This document shows, piece by piece, positions 18,395 to 27,159 of a stretch of DNA of 44,329 nucleotides. Origin of the DNA: Thermoplasmata archaeon (GTDB lineage: Archaea; Thermoplasmatota; Thermoplasmata; Thermoplasmatales; ARK-15); contig JAGDXR010000026.1 in the NCBI GenBank assembly GCA_023261745.1, forward strand, positions 1-44,329. The letters run 5' to 3'. The position numbers and the translations under genes were made by a program. The notes below the pieces were generated by a model that was given only the letters and a program-made list of their open reading frames with translations, did not search any database and was not told where the DNA came from. The first letter of the stretch is position 1. Every line of letters starts with the position of its first letter.

Positions 18395-19500
18395 TTCAAT
18401 CCCATTTCAGAAATCTTTTCCGGTAAATAAACATCTGTTACATAATTCAGGCCATATTTAGCAAGGGCCTGCTGCTCGGCCTTTTTACCTATCTTTAACA
18501 TCAGTTCGATCTCGTTCTTCCAAAATGGTGTTTTGAACCTCGGGTCATTTAATTCTGCGTAAAGAGCCTTTATATCTTTATCATTCAGCTTATCTGTTGG
18601 AAGATCATAATTGAGAATATCACTTGCAGTTACACCTATGAATTCAGCTGTAGGTGTTGCAAGGTATTCTGAAATGTGGGCGGTTTTTATTGCCCCATAT
18701 GCTATGCTGGCATAAATTCTGAATGACCATGGATCCCCATCCGTAAATACAAGCACCGGTAAACCGAGCTCCTCATTGAACCTTTTAAGAAGACGCCTAG
18801 TACTTCTTGCTGGCTGACCTTTAAGATGCACAAGTACAGCACGTGCCTTTTCATCGTACCCATTTTCAACGAGCCTGTCAAACATGCCTCCAGTTTCGAT
18901 TGCAAGGACGAAATCCGCGTCATAATCTATAATATTAATTTTTTCCTTTTCAACGTTATATGGTACAGGATAGCCAGAATCCCCCACATCATCCCTGCAA
19001 TTTATCCTCTGAGGTTTTCCTTTCCTGTTAATTTCCTCTATGGTTATGTTTCCTATTATCGTGGCACCGTTTTCCTCAGGACGCAGCTTAAAATCCTCTC
19101 TGAGATATTTTGTAAGAATTTCAATGTCCTCTGCTAGCTTGTCCGATTCATCCTGAGTATGGAACTTTGCAATACCCCAACTCTCTGAGATGTAATAAAG
19201 TTCTCTCAATGTTGATGATTTATTCTGTTCAATCATTTCTTTTATAAAATCAAGCATGAACATTGTTCTAAGAAGAGTATATGCACCCTCAATTTTTTTA
19301 GCACTTCTGTATATTTTATCATCACCGTATTTCCATACCCCCTTCGTTACGTCAAGCTTGATGTTGTATTTATTTCTGGCGGGCAATTCCATGTATGGAA
19401 TTTCACCTTTTTTCATCTGATCGTATATCTTTTCAACAATTTTCTTTAATTCATTCAATACCTCTTCACTCCTCTTCGTTTCCATCCTCGTCACCCTCAA
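18391..19500 (-). CDS. top6A: DNA topoisomerase VI subunit A (Spo11 homologue)
   Basis: Catalytic-Tyr region [11 protein letters not shown]. Toprim blocks [14 protein letters not shown] and [15 protein letters not shown]. Located directly downstream of top6B and overlapping it. Confidence 0.93.
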   Translation of the reverse strand: MRVTRMETKRSEEVLNELKKIVEKIYDQMKKGEIPYMELPARNKYNIKLDVTKGVWKYGDDKIYRSAKKIEGAYTLLRTMFMLDFIKEMIEQNKSSTLRELYYISESWGIAKFHTQDESDKLAEDIEILTKYLREDFKLRPEENGATIIGNITIEEINRKGKPQRINCRDDVGDSGYPVPYNVEKEKINIIDYDADFVLAIETGGMFDRLVENGYDEKARAVLVHLKGQPARSTRRLLKRFNEELGLPVLVFTDGDPWSFRIYASIAYGAIKTAHISEYLATPTAEFIGVTASDILNYDLPTDKLNDKDIKALYAELNDPRFKTPFWKNEIELMLKIGKKAEQQALAKYGLNYVTDVYLPEKISEMGLK

Positions 19501-21418
19501 CTTCTTCTATTATTGATTTTAATGATTCAATATTCCAGTCTCCTGGCAAAGGTTCTGCTCCAACTACATGAACGGGATCAATACCTTCTATGTAATATGT
19601 AGTTTCAGAATAATCCGATTTAATTTTTTCAAGCTCAAAGTATAAATCAAGCCTTTTTAATGGGTCCAGATTTTCAATCACCCATACAATGTAATCATTC
19701 TTCTGATCATATTCACCAAACGGTTTTATTGATTCAGGCAAAACTGCGCCATCCGTGTAGTCGGCATATAACTTGAAAGATTTTTTATCGGATGTATAAT
19801 TAATTACGCTTACATTTATTTTCGCCCTGTTTTCAGTTACTTCTACTCTTTCATCTATCCAAAGAATATTCATTATTTTTGTTATTACGGGAGATATGTC
19901 AGGAACAGGATTGTTTGTTATCTTTGCACTTTTTTCAGCTATCAGTGGCAGTATCTTCTGAACAAGAAAGAATTTCTCGGATAATTTATTCTTAACTTCT
20001 TTTTTGATTAGATACGTCCTGATCTGCCTGGCAGATTCTTTTAATGCCAGGTCTACTTCCTGCATTATCTCAGGTATTTCAGCAATCGCTTCTTTGGCTT
20101 CGGAGGTGTATGGAACCTTTGTGGATGCCAGGTGGATCATCACTATCATTGGTCCTGTTGGTATGCCAGAGCCCCCTTTCTGTTCCAGCCCATACTTCCT
20201 CCAATCTATATTTTCAACGGCTTTTGTAAGAGCACATGAGCCAGCCTGATACAAGAGTGGAACTCTGTTTGCAAACCTGAGAATCTTGACTGGCTCATCC
20301 GATGGTATGTTACCGCCATAAACCAGACCAACCTCTACTGTAAAAGGATTTCCCGAATATACTGAGGGTTTTCTGGTCACGGGTATTGAATAAAAGCTTG
20401 GCTTTAAATCACCCAAAACGTTCTTCAATCCCTTCTTTATGAGTGTTTCACCTATTGGTGAAAGAGATTCATATGATGGCGGCAGTAATTTTACCTTCAA
20501 AAATGCTTCCTTTAACTTTTTAACTTCTTCAAGCGTAAGTTTGGATGGTTCTCTTTCCGGATCTATACCGGATATCTTCAAAATTTCATTTGCCATCTGG
20601 GAACTTATCCTGCTGAATTCACCAGTCAAAAAGGTTGAAATTTTCTTATAACTTGTTTTCTGTGCAATCTTCATTATTTCACCTATTTCCACCCCATATG
20701 GATGTGGTTTGGTTTCCTTTGGTGGAGATATGGGATCATTCCAGACCCTTTCATACTTTATTTTAAATCCATCAGAGTCCTGAAATGTTATGGTTGCATG
20801 CGGGTTAACTATGGCAGTATTCTGCAGATAATCCATTATACTCTGTTTACCTTTGGTATATTTTCCTTTTAAATTGACAGTTATTTTTACCCCGCTTTTT
20901 TTGTCCGTCAAAAATGGCTCTTCCTTAAGGATAACTGGTTTATTCTTGGCAGTGTCTATATAAAGATCAAACATGTATCCTATATCTTCAGAAATGATCT
21001 TGGATTCTATATGTGCCGGCTTGCCGGTCGTTATCTGCCCATATAAAACTACCGCAGATATACCAATACCCTGCTGACCCCTTGATTGCCTTACAGCATG
21101 AAACCTGGAACCATATAAAAATTGTCCAAATACTTTGGGAACTTCCCTTCTAACAATTCCTGGACCATTATCCTCAACCATTAATCTGTATTCATCCCTG
21201 TCAATCCTTTCCAGATAAATATTTATTTCGGGTAGGATCTTTGCCTCTTCACATGCATCGAGTGAATTGTCCACTGCCTCTTTAACGGCCATGACAAGAG
21301 ATTTCTGAAGGGAATCAAAACCAAGGATTTGCTTGTTTTTTTCAAAAAATTCGGCTATCGATATTTCCTTTTGCCTTTTTGCCAATTCTTCGGAAATATC
21401 AGAATCCATAATAATCAC
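19466..21418 (-). CDS. top6B: DNA topoisomerase VI subunit B (GHKL ATPase)
   Basis: Bergerat-fold motifs EAVDNSLDA (N box), VEDNGPGI (G1) and [10 protein letters not shown] (G2). A transducer domain follows, then a C-terminal domain with an acidic tail. Confidence 0.93.
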   Translation of the reverse strand: MIIMDSDISEELAKRQKEISIAEFFEKNKQILGFDSLQKSLVMAVKEAVDNSLDACEEAKILPEINIYLERIDRDEYRLMVEDNGPGIVRREVPKVFGQFLYGSRFHAVRQSRGQQGIGISAVVLYGQITTGKPAHIESKIISEDIGYMFDLYIDTAKNKPVILKEEPFLTDKKSGVKITVNLKGKYTKGKQSIMDYLQNTAIVNPHATITFQDSDGFKIKYERVWNDPISPPKETKPHPYGVEIGEIMKIAQKTSYKKISTFLTGEFSRISSQMANEILKISGIDPEREPSKLTLEEVKKLKEAFLKVKLLPPSYESLSPIGETLIKKGLKNVLGDLKPSFYSIPVTRKPSVYSGNPFTVEVGLVYGGNIPSDEPVKILRFANRVPLLYQAGSCALTKAVENIDWRKYGLEQKGGSGIPTGPMIVMIHLASTKVPYTSEAKEAIAEIPEIMQEVDLALKESARQIRTYLIKKEVKNKLSEKFFLVQKILPLIAEKSAKITNNPVPDISPVITKIMNILWIDERVEVTENRAKINVSVINYTSDKKSFKLYADYTDGAVLPESIKPFGEYDQKNDYIVWVIENLDPLKRLDLYFELEKIKSDYSETTYYIEGIDPVHVVGAEPLPGDWNIESLKSIIEEVEGDEDGNEEE

Positions 21419-21506
21419 AAATAACTTTTAATTCTCCTTTTTAAATCTTTCGCTGTTGAATTTTTTATTGGTATATAAGATTAATTTGTAAAATATGAAG
21501 AAAATT

Positions 21507-22454
21507 TCAGGTGCAGCATTCCCTATTATATTTATTTTTTTTATCATGTTCGCCCGAATTGTTCTCCTCTTCCTTTATTTCCTTTAAAGTACATATCCTT
21601 TCCGCAAATGCATTGTGTTTGTGAATGCTTTCCTCACTTTCCGATTTGACTGTTATTATGGTATCATCGGGAAAATCTCTATACCTATCATATATTAATT
21701 TTAATGCTTCCCTTACAACATCCTCAACAAACTTTGGATTTTCATGAGCTTTCAGAACAAGCTCCATCTCATCCTTTCTTTTCAATATTTCATAAGTGGA
21801 GTTAGAATAAGATTTTTCAGCAATTTCTATGAGATCATTGATTTCGACCGAATTGCCTTCAGGTATTTCAATTAAAATTGTCAGATTATTCCTCTGGTTA
21901 TGTGATGGAACAGGAATCCTGTCAAGAAAATCTGAATATTCGGGATACCTTTCTTTTAAATGTGCCCTGACAGTTTCCATGGCACATGGACATACAGAAA
22001 TTCCTGTTGATGTAACACCGATCATCTTCCTTATTTTTTTGTTTTCCATAACAACCTTGGAGAAAATTCTGTATCTTTCCTGCGTTACCTTGCCAGAAGG
22101 ATTTTTCCTGTCTAAAAAGTAATCTGAAAATATTTCAACCTCCATCCTTGTCGCGTAGGGATGCCTTTTTGACATCATTTTAACGATATTTTCTCCAAGA
22201 TCCTCTATGCTTGAACAGGGTGTTTTTATACTATTTTCAACTATTTCCTCAATGATTTCAACATTTCTTGACATATCTGCTCCTTTCTTGGTAGATGGTA
22301 AATCCACATATAGATTGATTGTGGGTTGTAAAATAACATTTCTATCAGGTCTTTTTACCACTATCTGTTTTGTAACATTCGTTACACCAACCCTTGTCAG
22401 TTTAAAATTAACCTTTGGCAGTATAGCCTGAATATCCGGGAGATCCTTTTCCAT
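21507..22454 (-). CDS. mptA: GTP cyclohydrolase, FolE2/MptA family (archaeal GTP cyclohydrolase IV type)
   Basis: N-terminal pattern DLPDIQA...KLTRVGVTNV...LPSTKKGADMSRNVE and the Cys block GISVCPCAME are characteristic of FolE2/MptA. Confidence 0.8.
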   Translation of the reverse strand: MEKDLPDIQAILPKVNFKLTRVGVTNVTKQIVVKRPDRNVILQPTINLYVDLPSTKKGADMSRNVEIIEEIVENSIKTPCSSIEDLGENIVKMMSKRHPYATRMEVEIFSDYFLDRKNPSGKVTQERYRIFSKVVMENKKIRKMIGVTSTGISVCPCAMETVRAHLKERYPEYSDFLDRIPVPSHNQRNNLTILIEIPEGNSVEINDLIEIAEKSYSNSTYEILKRKDEMELVLKAHENPKFVEDVVREALKLIYDRYRDFPDDTIITVKSESEESIHKHNAFAERICTLKEIKEEENNSGEHDKKNKYNRECCT

Positions 22455-22543
22455 AATTAGCGTAAATTTTTGTATTATATTAATTAATTGTCAGTTAACT
22501 ATATAATAATTTATTTATATTTAATTTTGATAGTCATTATCAT

Positions 22544-23041
22544 ATGAGAAAGAATTTGATGATAGTGGGATCGATTCTCATAATTCTGGGCATAATTCTT
22601 TTCGCTGTTGGCACATATCTCTCTGAAGATTCACTGATCATTTCAAAAAACTGGACAAATTATAATAATAACGTCTGGACATCACAGAAGATAGACGTTC
22701 AATCAGAAGATATTATAGTTGTAATGTCAAAAAACGTATACCTAATAAATTCATCAGAAATAAGCTATGTAAATCAAACAGATATAAAATCAATTACACA
22801 ACAGGCAGTTAGCAATACTTCATCGGGGTTGACATTTATGGTTGAGAAAGGTTCCTATTACATCATTACATTTTCTACCGTTAAACCAAACATTACATAC
22901 TATTATGGATCTGAACCATCACTTATTGCTGGAGGATTAATGATACTAATCGGAATAATTTTGGCAATAATAGGAATAATAATTTTGATCGTGGGATTGA
23001 TAATGAAACCAAAGGTGGTGAAATCAAATGAAATCAAATGA
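22544..23041 (+). CDS. Membrane protein, hypothetical (two terminal TM helices around a ~100-aa extracytoplasmic segment); possibly the 5' half of a split gene
   Basis: TM helices at MIVGSILIILGIILFAVGTYL and LIAGGLMILIGIILAIIGIIILIVGLIM. The stop is created inside a 10-bp tandem duplication (see repeat 23021-23040). Confidence 0.6.
   Translation: MRKNLMIVGSILIILGIILFAVGTYLSEDSLIISKNWTNYNNNVWTSQKIDVQSEDIIVVMSKNVYLINSSEISYVNQTDIKSITQQAVSNTSSGLTFMVEKGSYYIITFSTVKPNITYYYGSEPSLIAGGLMILIGIILAIIGIIILIVGLIMKPKVVKSNEIK
23021..23040 (+). repeat. Perfect 10-bp tandem duplication (aaatcaaatg x2) at the junction of two membrane-protein ORFs
   Basis: Read directly: 23021-23030 equals 23031-23040. Removing one copy joins frame 22544.. 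to frame 23028.. without a stop. Confidence 0.95.
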
Positions 23042-23405
23042 ACTGCTTGGAATAATATCTGCAGCCCTGGTAATTATTATATCGATAATCATATTTTACT
23101 CAATATATATTTCAGTGAAATCAGAATTTGTTTCTTTTGTTTACATAGGAATTGTTTCACTGATTTTTTCTGTTGCATCATACCTCCTGCATTCTGTGAT
23201 AAAATCATGGAATGTGGTTACATCCTTTTCACTCGGATATTTCGTACTGTTTTTGATGACGACACTTTATTCAACAATGATCATATCATATAATATTATA
23301 TATACAGCCCTAATACTCTTTGTTCTTTTGATATACATAGTATTGCTTTACTGGAGAATTAATGCCCTGAAATCTCAGAAAAATCTGGAAAAAAATTTTA
23401 AATGA
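23028..23405 (+). CDS. Membrane protein, hypothetical (about 4 TM helices); possibly the 3' half of a split gene
   Basis: Highly hydrophobic 125-aa ORF. Its ATG lies in the first copy of the 10-bp repeat, and the ORF overlaps the upstream ORF by 14 nt. Confidence 0.55.
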   Translation: MKSNELLGIISAALVIIISIIIFYSIYISVKSEFVSFVYIGIVSLIFSVASYLLHSVIKSWNVVTSFSLGYFVLFLMTTLYSTMIISYNIIYTALILFVLLIYIVLLYWRINALKSQKNLEKNFK

Positions 23406-23406
23406 T

Positions 23407-24327
23407 TTATTCCTCTTTTATTTTTTCCATTATCATTCCGTTTGATCCATCCATTAAGATTACTTCCTTATGATTGGTTTTCTTCATAAGGCCGGGAAAC
23501 TCTATCTCAAATTTCCAGATTGGTGCATGCAAAATGAATATTTCCTCAACGTTTGGATTTATTGAAATCGATTGTATCTTTTTATACCTCTTTCTTATTT
23601 TTCTATTTACAAAATTTATGACATAATTGTTCTTATTATTTTCAATTGCATCTACCTTTATATCACCATTCATCAGTTTAACGCTTCCGGATACATCTGA
23701 TTCCCTTATTTCCCTTGCTTTGATTATTGTAAATTCATAATCTTCAGGCTGAAATTCTTTAAGGTTGCTTATACCTATTATAGGAATATAAACCTCACCG
23801 GATTCCATGCCTGGCATTGGAATTTCCTGAACCACAGTCCTTCCTCCAAATGACTGAACCTCTGTCTTCATATATACAAAATTTGCAATATAGGATGCTT
23901 TTACAATCCAGTATGGAACATAAAGTAGATTGTTTGACAGTATGGTTGATTTCTCAAACCTGTGTCTATGAAGTATTGATGAATCCATATAATCATGTAG
24001 AATATTCAATGCTTTTTCTGAATTTGGTACCATGATATCAAGAATTAGATGCTTCTTCACTTTTGCCCAGCCACCATTTGGATTTAAAAATATCGTTGTA
24101 CCACAGTAACTGCAAACAACAATGGATTCCCCTGGAAGCGGATTAAGAGGTGCTCCACAGTTAGGGCATTTCATTTCTTTCAGTATTTCTTCATTATTAT
24201 AGGTATTTTTATCCTTCTTTTCTTCCTGTTTCGGTTGCGATGCATTAATATCTTTTATCTTGGTACCACAGTATGGACAGAAAATAACATCTTCCGGAAC
24301 CGTGGCTCCACAGTTCTGACATTTCAT
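23407..24327 (-). CDS. Double zinc-ribbon protein with an uncharacterised ~200-aa C-terminal domain (YdjG-like by architecture)
   Basis: Two CxxC...CxxC ribbons, CQNCG..x..CPYCG and CPNCG..x..CSYCG, separated by a K/E-rich linker. The start overlaps the upstream stop as ATGA. Confidence 0.7.
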   Translation of the reverse strand: MKCQNCGATVPEDVIFCPYCGTKIKDINASQPKQEEKKDKNTYNNEEILKEMKCPNCGAPLNPLPGESIVVCSYCGTTIFLNPNGGWAKVKKHLILDIMVPNSEKALNILHDYMDSSILHRHRFEKSTILSNNLLYVPYWIVKASYIANFVYMKTEVQSFGGRTVVQEIPMPGMESGEVYIPIIGISNLKEFQPEDYEFTIIKAREIRESDVSGSVKLMNGDIKVDAIENNKNNYVINFVNRKIRKRYKKIQSISINPNVEEIFILHAPIWKFEIEFPGLMKKTNHKEVILMDGSNGMIMEKIKEE

Positions 24328-25493
24328 TTGCCATCACCTGAAGTATTTTCCACCTTCCAGCCACAGTTGGGACAGAATTTTGCTCCAGCCGGTATATCCG
24401 CACCACATTTTGGACATTTAAGATTTAATGGTTTTCCGCAACTGGGACAGAACTTTGAATTCTTTGGTATCTTTGCACCGCAGTACGGACATGTCATCAT
24501 GTCTTCAGAACTGAAATCGTATCCACAGCTGGGACAGAATTTTGCAGATACAGGCACAAGGGATCCACATTTCGGGCATTTTTTTGTTTGTTCCTGCTGC
24601 TGTACCATGCCCTGGGAAATACTCTGCGACATTGGATATGCCATACCAAGACCTGCACCCATTCCCACACCTATTCCTGCACCTGCACCGGCAGCACCTG
24701 AAGGGTTATTGGCAGCATCAACCATTGCTTTCCCCGCCTGAAGTTGCATGTAATTCACTCCCAGTACCTGCATGCTTGCCCTCTCTTCTATTGCCTTCTG
24801 AATCTCTTCTGGCAGTGAAACATTTAATCCTGAAATCTTGTTAATTTCTAGCCCGTACTGATCAAACTGGGTCGGTGCCTCCGCGAGAATCGCAGTTTCT
24901 ATATTCATGAGGTTTGCAGGGATATCAAGGACAGAAAATCCCTGCTGTGACATTTTGCCTAAAACATTGTAAACAAGAATTACCATCTGATCCCTTATCC
25001 TTGAAACAATATCATCGCTTGTTTCAGCTGAAAAGGTACCCACAAACTGGTTTATGAATATCGACGGATCCTTTACTCTGTATCTGATCTCCCCATAAAG
25101 TCTCAATAAAACAATTCCAAAATCCTTATCCCTGAACGCATATGGTTCTTTGGACCCGAATTTCCCATCCATTATTCTTCTCTGAATATAATATACTTCG
25201 GCTTCCTGCTGAACTCCTGAAAGGAGTTTTACAATCTCACCAACCACAGGCGCATTCAATGATGTCAATGCGTATCTTCCTGGCCTGTCTATGTATGCCA
25301 GAACTTTACCATCCCTGAAAAATACAGCAGTTTCATCTTCCCTGACAACAATGTTATCATTCATTCTGATATTTCTTGGAACTTTCCACATTATGTTCTC
25401 CCTTTTATATTCATCGGCCCATTCTACAGTTGTTGCACCTATCACACTATTTCCTGATGAATATGCATCCTTTTTCCTAAACATTTTTATCAT
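24324..25493 (-). CDS. SPFH (stomatin/prohibitin/flotillin)-like protein with a Gly-rich hydrophobic segment and three C-terminal zinc ribbons (COG4260/YdjI-like)
   Basis: The N-terminal ~250 aa resemble the COG4260 SPFH family (VVREDETAVFFRDGKVLAYIDRPGRYALTS...). Then comes GAAGAGAGIGVGMGAGLGMA. Then three ribbons: CPKCG-x-FCPSCG, CPYCG-x-FCPSCG and CPKCG-x-FCPNCG. ATGA overlaps occur at both ends. Confidence 0.75.
   Translation of the reverse strand: MIKMFRKKDAYSSGNSVIGATTVEWADEYKRENIMWKVPRNIRMNDNIVVREDETAVFFRDGKVLAYIDRPGRYALTSLNAPVVGEIVKLLSGVQQEAEVYYIQRRIMDGKFGSKEPYAFRDKDFGIVLLRLYGEIRYRVKDPSIFINQFVGTFSAETSDDIVSRIRDQMVILVYNVLGKMSQQGFSVLDIPANLMNIETAILAEAPTQFDQYGLEINKISGLNVSLPEEIQKAIEERASMQVLGVNYMQLQAGKAMVDAANNPSGAAGAGAGIGVGMGAGLGMAYPMSQSISQGMVQQQEQTKKCPKCGSLVPVSAKFCPSCGYDFSSEDMMTCPYCGAKIPKNSKFCPSCGKPLNLKCPKCGADIPAGAKFCPNCGWKVENTSGDGK
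24361..24581 (-). repeat. Three ~59-nt intragenic repeat units encoding the three zinc ribbons
   Basis: The units at 24361-24419, 24436-24494 and 24523-24581 all open with cc(a/g)ca(g/a)(t/c)tgggacagaa(t/c)ttt and end with a gga/ggg-cat-t/g motif. They show up as the repeated PQLGQNF in the antisense ORF 24235..24741. Confidence 0.85.
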
Positions 25494-26017
25494 TCTCCGT
25501 AAATTATTTTATCCCTCATATTGTTTATTTCAATCAATTTGGAAACATTATCTGTTATTGCATTCAATTTCTCAGAATTAAATTTTCCAGTAAGAGTATC
25601 AGAATAAAAGGAATCTATACTGTTTTCTAGACCAGAAAGCAAATCAGCAATAGAGGAATCCAGATCATAAACTCTTGATAATTTATCAGCGGTAATCCTT
25701 AAGGGTGCTGATATCCCCGAATATCCGGCTTCATGATGTTTTATCTGTGCTGCAACAGTTTGAATTTTTGATACTGCATCCTTTATGTCTTCAAGGTTCA
25801 TGAACATTCCTTTCTTTACAAGGTTATTTTCAGCCTCCTTTAATTTATCAATATAAAAAAGCATCTTTTTGTATATCTCATTCTTTAAAAAAATGTCAGC
25901 ATCACGGAGATCTTCATTTATCCTGTACCCCCTGTATCCTGGAATTAGCAGCTGTAATTTTTTTATTGCTCCCCTGTCATCGACTACTTCTTTCCTGTAA
26001 TCTGTCATTTTAATCAA
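25490..26017 (-). CDS. Hypothetical predicted all-helical / coiled-coil protein, first gene of the SPFH operon
   Basis: Charged heptad-like composition with no TM segment. The stop overlaps the SPFH start (ATGA). The track start 26017 is TTG; an ATG alternative lies at 26008. Confidence 0.6.
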   Translation of the reverse strand: MIKMTDYRKEVVDDRGAIKKLQLLIPGYRGYRINEDLRDADIFLKNEIYKKMLFYIDKLKEAENNLVKKGMFMNLEDIKDAVSKIQTVAAQIKHHEAGYSGISAPLRITADKLSRVYDLDSSIADLLSGLENSIDSFYSDTLTGKFNSEKLNAITDNVSKLIEINNMRDKIIYGE

Positions 26018-26038
26018 TCATATCAATCCATGAATAAC

Positions 26039-26048
26039 TATATAAATA
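26039..26048. promoter_or_regulatory. Putative shared TATA element for divergent promoters (SPFH operon / FAH gene)
   Basis: tatataaata is centred about 25 nt upstream of the FAH ATG (26068). On the other strand it lies about 27-36 nt from the candidate starts 26017/26008. This fits short-leader or leaderless archaeal transcripts. Confidence 0.35.
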
Positions 26049-26067
26049 TTTTTTCAATATCAATAAT

Positions 26068-26844
26068 ATGAAATTTTTCAGATCGCACAATGAATATTAT
26101 ATCATTGAGAAAGGAAAAGGAAGGAAAATAAATGGGGACATATTTTCTTTTGAAATGCAAGAAAGTTTAATAGAAATTCCAGAAACACTTGATCATCCTT
26201 ATGAATATGGAAAAATCCTTCTTGTAGGTAAAAATTATTATGAACATATTAAGGAAATGAATTCTCAAAGGTCAGAAAACCCCACTTTCTTCAGCAAAAC
26301 AAAAAATACACTGATCGGGCACAATCAAAAGATTCTGAAAAATAAGGAAGTGAAAAAATTGGATTATGAAATTGAGCTGGGTATTATCATTGGTAAAAAA
26401 GGTAAGTATATAGAAAAAAAAGATGCCGATGATTATATTTTTGGATATACAATTACAAATGATATTTCTGCAAGGGATTTCCAGTATTCCTTCAACAATC
26501 AGTGGTTTCTGGGAAAATCCATGGATACATTTTTTCCAACCGGACCATACATAGTTACAAAGGATGAAATTGATGATCCCATGAATTTGAATTTAAAATT
26601 GAGGGTTAATGATCAAATAAGACAGGAATCAAACACAAAGAATATGATCTTTGACATTTTTTATTTGATTTCATTTATAAGCACATATATAACACTTGAA
26701 CCAGGGGATATTATATCCACCGGGACGCCTTCGGGTGTAGCCCAAGGAAAGGGAGAAGGATACTTTCTTAAAGATGGCGATGTAATTGAGGCAGAAATAG
26801 AAAAAATTGGAATTCTTAAAAATGTTGTAAAAGATTATTTTTAA
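26068..26844 (+). CDS. Fumarylacetoacetate hydrolase (FAH) family protein
   Basis: FAH-fold blocks YEIELGIIIGKKG, NDISARDFQ, WFLGKSMDTFFPTGP and LEPGDIISTGTPSGV. Confidence 0.85.
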   Translation: MKFFRSHNEYYIIEKGKGRKINGDIFSFEMQESLIEIPETLDHPYEYGKILLVGKNYYEHIKEMNSQRSENPTFFSKTKNTLIGHNQKILKNKEVKKLDYEIELGIIIGKKGKYIEKKDADDYIFGYTITNDISARDFQYSFNNQWFLGKSMDTFFPTGPYIVTKDEIDDPMNLNLKLRVNDQIRQESNTKNMIFDIFYLISFISTYITLEPGDIISTGTPSGVAQGKGEGYFLKDGDVIEAEIEKIGILKNVVKDYF

Positions 26845-26878
26845 AATAATTAAATTCTTTCCTTTAGAGAAGTCAGCT

Positions 26879-27097
26879 ACTCCTAACTAAAGCTTCGGAG
26901 CTTATTGCTGGCCTTCCCCTCAACCATGGGCGAGGGTTCATCGAATCGCAACGATCGGCTGGCTGACAGCAACCTGAAGTAGTCCTGAACATTACTTAAT
27001 ATTATAGAAAACATATTAACAAATCTTCCCTTTGGGGGAAGTCCGTATATCTCTTCTCTGAATACTGAGTTTTACTGCTTCCCTCAAACTCCTAACT
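26879..27097 (-). mobile_element. Non-autonomous, internally deleted derivative (MITE-like) of the IS200/IS605-type element seen at 1-805
   Basis: Positions 26977-27097 align without gaps to about 685-805, covering the left end plus the first ~5 tnpB codons (ATGTTCAG(A/G)ACTA). Spacing from the ATG to the element end is 105 nt in both copies. The rest (26889-26976) is a GC-rich, hairpin-rich segment. The 10-mer actcctaact occurs at both borders (26879-26888 and 27088-27097). Confidence 0.75.
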
Positions 27098-27159
27098 TTC
27101 CTATAATATAAAAAGAATAGATTCGATGGAATTAAATAATTTTAAGCAATATACCAGCT

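Noticed and set aside
19466-19900. C-terminal extension and acidic tail of Top6B, and the 35-nt overlap with top6A, as something unusual
   Set aside because: Long Top6B forms with an extra C-terminal domain are known in euryarchaea, and top6B/top6A overlap is common. The top6A start may also be the internal Met (METKR) a few codons downstream.
26889-26976. GC-rich segment considered as a tRNA or tRNA fragment (contains gagggttcatcgaatc, vaguely T-arm-like)
   Set aside because: No complementary 3' half for a T stem, and no acceptor or anticodon arms can be drawn. The context (flanked by the IS left end and the repeated 10-mer) fits an IS right end or omega-RNA scaffold better.
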